A DNA stretch of 64,000 nt, from contig NC_068991.1 in NCBI RefSeq assembly GCF_001194135.2, positions 66,327,916 to 66,391,915 on the forward strand, in the 5' to 3' direction. Both the position numbers and the translations under genes were made by a program. Under the pieces are notes generated by a model. That model searched no databases. It saw nothing but the letters and a program-made list of their open reading frames with translations, and was not told where the DNA came from. Each line of letters opens with the position of its first letter. Positions within the stretch are counted from its first letter, which is position 1. This document shows positions 53,170 to 64,000 of the stretch, one piece after another. This stretch comes from Octopus bimaculoides. Taxonomy: Eukaryota.

Positions 53170-56140
53170 AGGAAACAATGGCTAGGTGCACGTAGGGTAA
53201 ATTGGCTGGTTTAGATGGTCTGCCCTATGAGCTTTACGCTTACATGCCAGACTTGTTCCGTGGCCTCTTGGCAAACGTTTACTGCAACTGGCAACAAAAC
53301 AGAATTCCCAGTTTTGTGAGCCGAGGAGCGGTGGCTTTGCTAAGAAAAGATCCGAACAAGGAGGATTGTATTGACAACTTTAGACTCATAGCTCTGCTGA
53401 ATGCAGAGTTCAGAATTTTGGCCAAGGTATTAGCTACGAGGTTGGCGCTTGTCATCGGTGATCTGGTAGGAGAGGCACGGACATGCGCCATCCCGAAAAG
53501 ATCCATCCACGACAATCGCCACCTTATGCGATACATCATTAAGAAAGTGGCTAAAGAACTTGGCACGGGTGTAGCCCTAATCAATTTAGATCAATCTAAA
53601 GCTTTTGATAGGGTCGACCATCTATACTTGATGGTGGTCCTCAAGGCGGGCAGTTTCGGGCCTGTATTCAGGGGCTGTAATGCACAGCGACATCTATTCA
53701 GTGGTCAGAGTGAATGGTCAACTCTCAGAATCGTTCAACATCATGCACTCAGTCCGGCAAGGTTGCCCCTTCCATCTCTATTGTATTTACTGACTCTCGA
53801 GTCACTACTACACAAATTGGAAGTGTTGAAAGGCATCCCGCGTGACTTAGGATGTGGGAGATGCGTGTCGGCATATGCCGACGACGTCACTGTAGTGGTG
53901 TCGGATGATAAACACATAGAAACGATCGGCATCGTTCTCAGTGACTACCAGGAAATATCAGTGGGCTTGCAGCTCGGCACCTAGAGAAGCAAGTCCATGC
54001 TAACCAACTGCGTCGTTGGGCGCTGAACAGACGAATCGGTTAAATTGCTCGGGGTTTGGTCCAGACCTCCAGATGGACAAAAATTGGGGCGAGATAACAA
54101 ACAGAGTAACTACTCTTACCCAGAAATGGGCCGAGAGAAAGCTGTCTCTGAAAGGTCAGGCGTATATCGCGTTCGTCATCTACTATCGCTTGACTGTCGT
54201 GCCTTGTTCTGGGCACCGTCTGATTAAGCTGGAGCGTATACTCTTCGGCTTCTTGTGGAGGGACCTCGATGATCAGGGGGTCTATCTGTTGTCAACGCCC
54301 GTTGAGTGGTGGCCTGGGCATACCGTGGTTGATGATGCGCAGACATGCGCTGAGGCTACGACATCGCCAGTGCTTTTTTGACGGTGAACAGATGTCGCTA
54401 TTCGCCAGACACGTATTTCCACAGCTAAGTTTCCTTAACGGAGCACTAGTCCTGGTTAAAAGAGAGACCGAGATGAGGCATTTGGAAAGTGCTACATCAT
54501 AGAGAGAATGGATAACAAATCTGGTGTCGGTAGGGCTCCGATCAATTTAGATCAATCCAAAGCCTTCGATAGGGTCGACTGTCGCTACTTGGAAGCAATC
54601 CTAAAAGCAGCCGGTTTCGGACCCGTTTTCAGTGGCTGGATCGCAGCAATGTATAATGGTACTTGCTCAGTGGTAAAAGTAAACAACCTTGTCCCAGTCC
54701 AGGTTTGGCCGAACTGGAGCGTTTACTTTTCTGCTTCCTGTGGAAAGGACATGTTCTACTGGTCAGGCTATCCATCTGTTGTGCCAGCGCCCTCTGGGTA
54801 ATGGGCTTTGCATGTCATGGTTGCAAATGGGCAGACACGCGCTACGGCTACACCACTAACAGATTTTCAGGGACGGTGAGCCGGTGTGTTTTCCGTTTGT
54901 AAGACACGCGTTTCTGCAACACATCTTTTTGACGGAGCTGCGATACTGGGTAAATAAAAGACCAAGATTAGGCACCTGACATCTGGAATACCCTCAGGCA
55001 CTCACTGCTTTCTACCAGTCGAGCAATATGGTCGGTGGAAGTTCTACAGTACCAATATATAGACATCTAGTGTTGCGTAGGAAAAATGATGTTCTTGGAG
55101 AAACTCTAGGCATTGACAAGGGTGAACTAGCTGGTCTATTTCGGAGGACTTTCAGGCTCGGTACTACCATGGATAACTTTTCCAGAAACCCCTAGCTTTA
55201 CAGTGCAACTGAGGAACAATGACAGTTCAGGATATTGCCAGATTATCCGTGACTTTACAAGTTTTCCACAAACGGAAAGTCAACATCAAATTCTCCTGGG
55301 AAGATATTGTGACATTTGCAAATGATGTCAGGTCTGAAGAAGTCATAGAAGATGATGTAGTTGAGTAGCTAGTGCACCATAGAGAATGTTATGTAACGAG
55401 GAACTGGTGTTGTGAGAACAAGAGCAAGCGATGAAGCACTCGTCAGCGGGACTGTCCGAGATGCGCAGAGAGTGAGGAAACTGTTCTGCACGCACTCGTG
55501 CAGTGTCCGAGTATTACTGACTTTTGGAGTTATGTCGAACAATTGTTAATCACGTGTGGGACGAATTTGACTATCGGCCGAATCGATCGTGAGGATCGCT
55601 CAACTACCTACCTTTAACAAGGCAAGGGAGGCAGTGTTCCTCTGTCCAGTGACCATGGCGAAAGAGGTTGTGTGGTGGTCGAGGCTAAAGGAATTAAGGA
55701 AAGACATTCCTCTTCTGTCAAGCTCTCATTGACTTTTTAAAGTTCCACTTGAAAAGGAAAGTAAGAATGGCGAGATAAGTGCTCTCCTCCGGTGAATTTG
55801 TGAACTAATGGGTAACTGTGACAAAAATGGTTAGATTGAATGGCCCCGCTCTAAATATGCGACTGTACATTAAGAGCAGCAGAGAGGGCTTGTACTTTCC
55901 AAGGTCAAGGTAATCCTGGATCTGTGGGGTTCCTTGATTGACTCTATTTGGAGTTTCTCCTATATCAGGAGGACTACATCGTTCCTGTTATCGGATATTT
56001 TGTATACCAAGTACGCTTTTATCTCATTTCACTGTCTCTTCCATTTCTTTCTCTCTTTCCCAATACATATTGTCGTCTGTCCTCGTGATGACCCCATCGT
56101 CTATGCCCCTGTGGCTAATAAAAGAAGTCATCATCATCAT
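53169..56140 (+). mobile_element. Decayed, 5'-truncated Tx1/L1-clade LINE (RT, C-terminal zinc knuckle, 3' UTR)
   Basis: ORF 53202-53984 has RT motifs (FRLIALLNAEFRILAKVLATRL, LINLDQSKAFDRVDH, SAYADD). A second LDQSKAFDRVD fragment lies at 54508-54700. RDCPRCAESEETVLHALVQC (CX2CX8HX4C) at 55447-55506. Multiple frameshifts and stops. Confidence 0.9.
55235..55436 (+). mobile_element. Internal Tigger/pogo transposase fragment embedded in the Tx1 LINE
   Basis: Translates across frames to IIRDFTSF...EDIVTFANDVRSEEVIEDDVVE*LVHHRE/LCNEELVL, resembling the acidic region after the DDE domain of Tigger transposases. Confidence 0.6.
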
Positions 56141-56151
56141 CGTCGTCATCG

Positions 56152-56222
<71 letters not shown>

Positions 56223-56599
56223 AGGGCGCACGGCCTATTGGTAAGGGTGTTGCACTCACGATCTAACGATCGTGATTTCAATTCCTAGACCGGGTGGTGC
56301 GTTGTGTTCTTGAACAAAACACTTCGTCTCACGTTGCTTTACGATCACTTCGACACCTGACGCGCCGTACACCATGCACCTGTTCAGACAACGTCGATTT
56401 GATGGACAAAGCGAGCTAATAATGTGCGGCACGAACATTTGATCGCTATAAACAAATCATTTGTGCTGGTCGTTCGGCAACATTCTCAGTACAATATGTA
56501 TTCGCAAAAAATATTTGAACAGAAATACGTGAAGGACTAAATACGAATCATAATATCGTAACAAGTTACGTTCTTACCACAAGAAAGATATTGGTTACT

Positions 56600-56982
56600 G
56601 TGTGAGGGATGGAGGTGGATTGAGAGTTGCTGAATGGATGAAGGACACCATCCTTTATCTTATCATCATCAGAAGCATGTACTTCAGGGGCGAAGAACTA
56701 ATCCAAAGATGTTTGATGTCTATGGTGTGTTATGTCTTTGTACAGCTCGGTGTAGTAATTGAGTTCACTGTAAACTCCTCTATGTTGCATTCTTGGTTCA
56801 GTTTGTTATCAACAAAAAATTCCAGACCTTCCTCTATAAGTGCCAACCCTTTGGTAATACTCTTTCCAGTCAATTTAGGTGAAGACGGTGGAATTCCTGT
56901 ATTCTCAACCGTTTTCACTGCTTGCTCTTGTTCTAACAACATCGGCTCCTCGTTACATAACATTCTCTATGTAGCACCAGCA
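56600..56982 (-). mobile_element. Tigger/pogo transposase C-terminal fragment
   Basis: LCNEEPMLLEQEQ...KLTGKSITKGLALIEEGLEFFVDN, then in another frame HQTSLD*FF. These are typical Tigger C-terminal motifs; the copy is frameshifted. Confidence 0.65.
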
Positions 56983-58988
56983 TTAGTACGGACGACATGC
57001 AGCTTGCAAGATTAGAACCCCCAAGCTCGGTTTTATGTCAGGAGCGGAGGAGTTAAGAGATCAGGGAAGAACAGATTTCTTGTGTAGAGAGGCCACATAG
57101 CTACTCACATTTTAGAGGAGAGGGTGGGGTGGAGTACGGGGTAGAGTATGAAAGAAATAAAAATATCGGTGATGAGTTACAAATGTGGACACCGAAGGTA
57201 CGAAGTGAGTAAATTTATTTATTTACCCTTTCGTGTTGAGCTCACAGACGTTGTATTCATGTAGACTGACTTTAATTTCATGATACCAATTGGCCATCGT
57301 TAGTCGTTTTGAGTTTACATTTGTTTTGCTTGTTTACAACATTGTAGACATCGATGTCATCATTTCACCTGTTTGTTTTCTTCTCTCTTTCCTTTCCTTT
57401 TATTTATTCGTTTATTTTATTTAGTGTTTATTTAAGACTACCTCCCTCTTTCTGATCGTTGTGTATAAAAAATGTAAGGAAAATAACATTTTCCTTACAT
57501 TTTATTCACAAGGAAAATAAACATTTTTTTATTATGGTTTAAGTCTCTAGAATTTGGTTTCAGCTGTATAGACTAATTATAAGCGTACAAAGAACGAAGA
57601 AAAATGCGGGAGGGTAGGTATGTAAATGATAAACAAAAAATAATCTTGTTTAGCGGCATTTTGTCCGTCTTTACGTTCTGAGTTTAAATTCCACCGAGGT
57701 CGACTTTGCTTTCATTCCTTTGGGGATCGATAAAATGAGTACCAGTTGAGTACCAAGGGTACTTACCCATTACCCCGAAATTGTTGAGCTTATGTTAGAA
57801 TTTGAAACCAATCTTGATAAATTTCGAATCAACTATCTAAGGTTCTACTGATACTAGTATAATAATAGTAGGAGAATCTTATGAATGTGAATAAATGTAA
57901 TTACATACTTACGGATACACACAAGTATATATTCATACACACACGCGCGCTCATATATGTACATACACGAACTAATACATACGTACACACATGCATCAAT
58001 ATACGCAAATATATATACGTGTGTGTGTATATATATATGTATGTGCATGTACATACACACACATATTCACATATGTACACATCCATGCACGAATGTATAT
58101 ATATATATATCTAAAACTAGCTTAAGTGGGGAAGGATAATATTTATTTTGTGTGTTTGTGTGGTGCATTGTTGCCAAACCATTCGCTCTACGGTTTACAC
58201 TGTGTATATTGTGGTATGCAGACTGATTCAGTAACTTGTCTAAGTATCGTATCATATAGATTATGTAGATATAATACTCCTGCTGATTCTGTTGACTGAA
58301 CCATTGTATTTATTTAGTGTGGTCATTTCAATATTCTCTGTATCATTTGCTTATACAACGAGTAATCTCTTCTCTATAAGTTTCAGGGAGGTAAGCACAT
58401 GTTTCTTAAAGGGACGGTATAGAGTATTTTCTTACTTTACGGTTGAAACGTCGGTTGGGGGCAATTACCTTCACCGAAGTCCATGGCAAAAGGTAAGACT
58501 TACGGATAATCGATTTATTAAATCGATTATTTATCTATTTTTCTATTCTCTCTGACTTTGATTTGAAGGTTAAATTCTCGACTCTCATTATATTTTGCTG
58601 TTTCTTGGGAGAATCATTATGCCAATAATAACACACACAGAGAATGGAACATTCTCTTTTTTATTGTTTGCCAATTCGTTAAATATCTAACCAACTAACT
58701 AATCAATCGTTTGTTTAATGTGCTGGTTATACAATCAATTGATTAGTCAAAGTCCTTTCGGCGCCATTCGCGACCTTTTCAGTGAGTTAATGACTTCCCG
58801 TCTCACTCCAAGGTCTGGTCTGAGTCTGTCTGAAAATTGGTCTTATGCTTGTATATATGCATGCTTGTACGTGTGTGAAATCTCGCAAACCAAATACAAA
58901 ATTTCATTATATTGTTTTTAGCCAATTCACTATTATTATATCATTATTCACTATTTAGCCAATTCACTATCAAATATTGTCTCGGATA

Positions 58989-58989
<1 letters not shown>

Positions 58990-59042
<53 letters not shown>

Positions 59043-59084
59043 CATTTTTGTTGTTGTTTTTGTTGTTGGTGGTATTATTATTAC

Positions 59085-59139
<55 letters not shown>

Positions 59140-59167
59140 ATTTTTGTTGTTGTTTTTGTTGTTGGTG

Positions 59168-59222
<55 letters not shown>
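58990..59222. repeat. Compound (ATT)n/(GTT)n microsatellite, duplicated block
   Basis: Direct reading of the sequence. Confidence 0.9.
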
Positions 59223-59224
<2 letters not shown>

Positions 59225-59992
59225 GTTTGTCTTTTGCTTTCAGGAACATACATCACATCCATATACGCACGACATAGTAATCTCATATCAAGATAAACAG
59301 CGCATGACCTTGCAGGTGGGACCCAGTTAGAATTTTCTTCAGGTCGAGTAGCCCATCCTGCTCAAAAGATTCCTGAATAAGGGTTGTTTAAGCATGTTGA
59401 ACGAAACACTTATGTTTCCAGAAGTGAATTATTCAAACTCCAAAGAATTCCTCTCAACACATGATTATGATGCTCCCTCGCTACTTCTGCTCATGATCAG
59501 AGATGCACATATTGTTCTTTGCCTCTTTAAACATTTTGGGACTGTCTTTATGTATGTAGCCTGGCAACTGTATCTGAGAGATAAAACGCTGAATGCATTT
59601 TAGAGTTAGCTTTATTCTTTTTATCTATTTTTCTTGTTTCAGCCATTGGACTGCGACAAGGGTTTTAGTCAGACAAATATATCCCAGTGTGTATGGGTTA
59701 TTTTTTCAAAGTATGTTACTAATTCTATTCTTTTCTTTTTGTTACCGAACCGCTAAGTTACGCGACGTAAACAAACCATCATCGGTTGTGAAGCAGTGGG
59801 TAGGGTGGGGGTGACAAACACAGACACAAAGGTACACAGACATGCATACATATATAAATATATAAATGTATATATATATGTATTTATGTATGTACGTATG
59901 TATGTGTCTGTCTGTCTGTCTGTTTGTTTGTCTATCTATCTATCTATCTATCTGCCTGTCTGTCTGTCTGTCTGTCTGTCTATATATATCTC

Positions 59993-60208
59993 CATTATTT
60001 ACAATGGAAGGATAGGTGTCCTCACCTTGTTTGTTTTACCACAACGTTTTGGCTGATGTACTCTCCAGCCTTCATCAGGTGTTCTGGTGGAATTTCGAAC
60101 CCAACCCTTCCACCAGAACACTTGATGAAGGCTGGAGAGTACATTAGCCGAAACGTTGTGATAACAACAAACAAGGTGAGGACACCTATCCCTCCATTGT
60201 AAATAATG
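59993..60208. ncRNA. Palindromic element with a minimal type I hammerhead ribozyme motif in each arm
   Basis: Arms of about 100 bp with a 15-nt loop. Arm consensus CAC-CTGATGA-A-GGCTG(10 nt)CAGCC-GAAACGTT-GTG. Each genomic arm carries one core substitution. Confidence 0.65.
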
Positions 60209-60412
60209 CACATAATTCCTCATCTCAAAAATACAGAATAGTATCTATCTATCTATCTATCTATCTATGTTGTTTATCAATCACTACTCCGAATTTCATA
60301 GACACGCTCGCACGCACCAGCCTAATTTTGTAGACGTTCGTTTGCCTAATAGATCAGGCACGTGCTCAGACGTCTGAATAATGACTGAAAGCTATTAACT
60401 GCTCAAGTGCAA

Positions 60413-60455
<43 letters not shown>

Positions 60456-60604
60456 ATTTTTGTTGAATTTTTTGTTGTTGTCATGATGCCATAATCAATT
60501 CAAGATAGTTTTATCTTAAATGCTACTCGAAAAAAGTTGATGGACGAAAATAAAATATGAATAAAGAAAAATTCCTATTAGTACTAGAGCTAGCTAAATC
60601 ATTC

Positions 60605-60798
<194 letters not shown>

Positions 60799-60832
60799 CT
60801 TTGTATGTATGTACACAAAATATCGACAGAAA

Positions 60833-61205
60833 GCTAGATGTGTTTTACCAAAGATGCTTGAGAAGGATTCTGAGAACGTACTGCCAAGACCATGTAACCA
60901 AGGAAGACATTTTAAGGTGATCTCATGCGAGACCACTTAGCGAAATCCTCACAGAATGAAGCTTAAAACTAGCAGGTCATATAGTTCGGCTATCAGAACA
61001 ACACCATTCTAAGTCAATTTTCAAATGGATACCAGTGGAGGGAAAAAAATAAGAGAGAAAGACCGGAAACTACATGGCACAGAACATTTATAAACGACAG
61101 GGAAGACGTTAATAACACATGGTCGGATGTAGAGAAAACCGCTGCTAACAGATACAGCAACGTCAACTTGCTGCCCGTTGTGTCCGAGAGCACAGCAGGA
61201 ACTGA
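60833..61205 (+). mobile_element. RTE-clade LINE 3' fragment
   Basis: LDVFYQRCLRRILRTYCQDHVTKEDILR...KLAGHIVRL...RPETTWHRTF..., matching the RTE C-terminal region; degenerate. Confidence 0.75.
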
Positions 61206-61829
61206 TACTATATATATAAGTCACAAAATATATAATTTTAAGTTCTGTTTTTCCTTATAAGAATCGAAAAGTAAATTAAGTACAAGGCTGCAAAAGAAGT
61301 GCTCAAGTAAAATCTGAGACAAGACAAACTTAGTGGTTAAAAAAAACATACGTATATATACACATAAAAAAAAACACGTGTGAAAACCTGTAAAAAAGCG
61401 TATGTAGAAAAACGTATGAAGAAAATGTGAATATATATAGCGAGGCGATTAAAAATAATATAGTTAGATTATTAAATGTAAAGTGAATCCGGGATAAAAT
61501 CCATCGTCAAGTCCAAAAGAAAAAGGAATCAGGGATAATGTAAGAATAAAACCAGGCCTACGGCCGTTTCAAGAGTTACTGCCGCAATCCATTACACATT
61601 AAAGCACCAAATCGGCAGTGGCCCCATCAACATTTATATATGTGTATATATATACACATACATACTTATTTGAACTATATATATATATATGTAAGTAATT
61701 ATTTGGGTACATATCTATTTGTATGCCGATTAAAGCACATTCACCGTTTGGGCTACCTGATGTCATCAACAGTTACGGTATAATTTTCGCTGGATCTACA
61801 TCAAGAATTCCGCAGTGTTCGTTTAGTTT

Positions 61830-62236
61830 ATAATTGGGGAGGGAAACGGAAAATGGATTAGATACGAATCTTTATTCAACGCAACAATCGTTTCGATTCA
61901 TCCTGCAGCTGTCCCCTAAGGGTAGGATATTGTGCATCTAGCTGTGTTGCATCAATCAGTGCCATCTCAGGTGCTTGGTATAAAAAGATATCCTACTACA
62001 TGTACTGAGTTCCTTCGGGCATGTACTCTCTCGTAGTATGTGACTACATTCAGCGTATGCAGTAGGATACCTTTTTATACCAAACACCCGAGGTGACACA
62101 GACTGCACTGATTATGCAACACAGCTTGATGCACGATATCCTACGCTTACGGGACAGTTGCAGGATGAGTCGAAACGATCATTACGTTGAATAAAGATTC
62201 ATATCAAATCCATTTTTCGTTCCCCTCATCAATTAT
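61830..62236. repeat. Fold-back element, arms of about 180 bp
   Basis: 61830-62007 is the imperfect reverse complement of 62051-62236. Confidence 0.9.
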
Positions 62237-62252
62237 GTATGTATGTATGTGC

Positions 62253-62313
<61 letters not shown>

Positions 62314-62812
62314 GAGCACTTCCCGGCTCGGTAATCGAAACCCCGACCTTGTAGTCGTGAGTGCAACACCCTAACCACTAGGCCACACGCCATCACGTTA
62401 TTTGTATTAGTTTGCTTTTATTCTTTACCGTATATCTTTGTAGTCCGACAGTAGTTGTTTTATAGCAAGAAGAAGAAAAGAACAAGAAGAAGAAGAAAAT
62501 GAAGAAGAACAACAACAGTTTCTGTATTTTGTCATTGAAAGCAATTATATTCAATTCCATTCATTCACAAATACGATTACGTGAAACGTTAAGAACTATG
62601 AGGTGGTGCATACACAATGTGAAAGTTGAAGACAGAGATATAAGAAAACAAAGTAGGCGGGTTTGGGACGTTACACAAATAAAACACAAAGAATTTATAT
62701 ACAAATAAGGACTTATGAGAGTAGCTATAAAAAAACACATATATTAAAAAAAAATTACTTACAGAAAAACTTAGGGTTGCTCATTCAGACACGAGTGAGA
62801 ACTCACTGGTTG

Positions 62813-63257
62813 TCTTTTGTCATTTACTTGTTTCAGTCATTAGACTGCGGCCATGCTGGGACACCGCCTTGAAGAAATTTTAGTCGAATGACTCGACCCC
62901 AGTACTAATATTTTTTTAAAGCTTGGTACTTATCCAATCGAACTATTTTTGCCGAACCGCTAAGTTACAGGGTTGTAAACACGCCAACACCGGTTGTTAA
63001 GCGGCAGTGGGAGGACAAACGCAGACAGATACAGCTATATATTCTTTAAGCTGAGAGGATGTAAACTCTGACTTTCTTCTCTTTTTCTCTACCCACTGAC
63101 GAAGGATTGAATCCGAAACGCTGGATATTCCACTCCTCACGACAAGTTCACTGTACCCCTTTCACTTTTCTCTCTCTCTCTCTCTCTNNNNNNNNNNNNN
63201 NNNNNNNNNNNNNNNNNNNNNNNNNNNNNNNNNNNNNNNNNNNNNNNNNNNNNNNNN

Positions 63258-63289
<32 letters not shown>

Positions 63290-63454
63290 GACGAGCTTCT
63301 TTCAGTTTCCGTCTACCAAATTTACTCACAATGCATTGAGCGGCCTGAGGCTATTTCAGAAGACACTTGTTCTCATTGTGCCACACAGTGGGGCTGAACT
63401 CGGCACCATGTGGTTGGGAAGCAAACTTCTTACCACACAGCCACGACTGCGCCT
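62813..63454 (-). mobile_element. Family B SINE containing an internal insertion and an N gap
   Basis: Tail at 62813-63040, head at 63258-63454; unrelated sequence lies between. Confidence 0.75.
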
Positions 63455-64000
63455 ATAGTTAGGTTAGATTAAATCTGCTCGCCCCACCCCGTCAGTTGCT
63501 CGCAGTTGAAAAGGGTGCATCTAGAAGTGTTTGTTAACATCGGTTTGAGTGAGACGAGATAACACATACCCCCACGTTCGGCAAGTATTCTTGCTTTAAC
63601 ATGGGATAAACTTCCGGTGATATTTTCAGTTAATGTCCATCTTTTAATCACTTCCTGTATTTTGGAACGTTTACATCTTCGCTAACTGGTACAGAGTTAT
63701 TTTTTTTAACCCTTTATTCGTTTATTAGAGCTAGGAGGGACCAGGAACTGGGTTGGGATCTTTTCTGTTTGGCTGCCACTTTTCAATTTCTTCAGTTTTT
63801 GTTTCAACTGAGTTCAAAATCTGCAGCCTTTATTACGAACATTAATCTACTGGATTAGGGCTGACCTGGCGCTTAACAACAACAGTAATAACAAACAACT
63901 GAATAACTATGTATACATCTAAAACAATAATAAATGAGTATATGCATATATACGTACAAGTATGTGTATACCTGCATCTACCTGTATATATAGGTGCATA

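Noticed and set aside
63469-63830. Minus-strand frames possibly from a LINE ORF1 or gag
   Set aside because: Broken frames with no diagnostic motif.

Overview
AT-rich, repeat-dense eukaryotic intronic/intergenic DNA with several N gaps (about 8930-9411, 12516-12734, 15490-16376, 43412-43420, 47609-47839, 50878-50935, 63188-63257). The SINE families and microsatellite load strongly resemble Octopus genomic DNA (inference). The only confidently identified host coding sequence is the first coding exon of a classical calpain on the minus strand (51191-51586); I could not recognise any later calpain exon in the 51 kb downstream. A second, unidentified minus-strand gene probably starts near 37.4 kb, with a further candidate exon at 0.7-0.86 kb. 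The rest consists of several tRNA-derived SINE families, a decayed Tx1/L1-clade LINE, RTE and RTEX/R4-like 3' fragments, Tigger/pogo transposase fragments, piggyBac-, hAT- and mariner-type MITEs, four long fold-back palindromes and many simple repeats. The most interesting observations are a palindrome carrying a minimal type I hammerhead-ribozyme motif in each arm (59993-60208), a second hammerhead-like motif at 63.1 kb, the apparently orphan calpain exon, and a switch between CpG-poor and CpG-retaining domains. Most repeat boundaries are approximate, read by eye. No prokaryotic features or CRISPR arrays were found.
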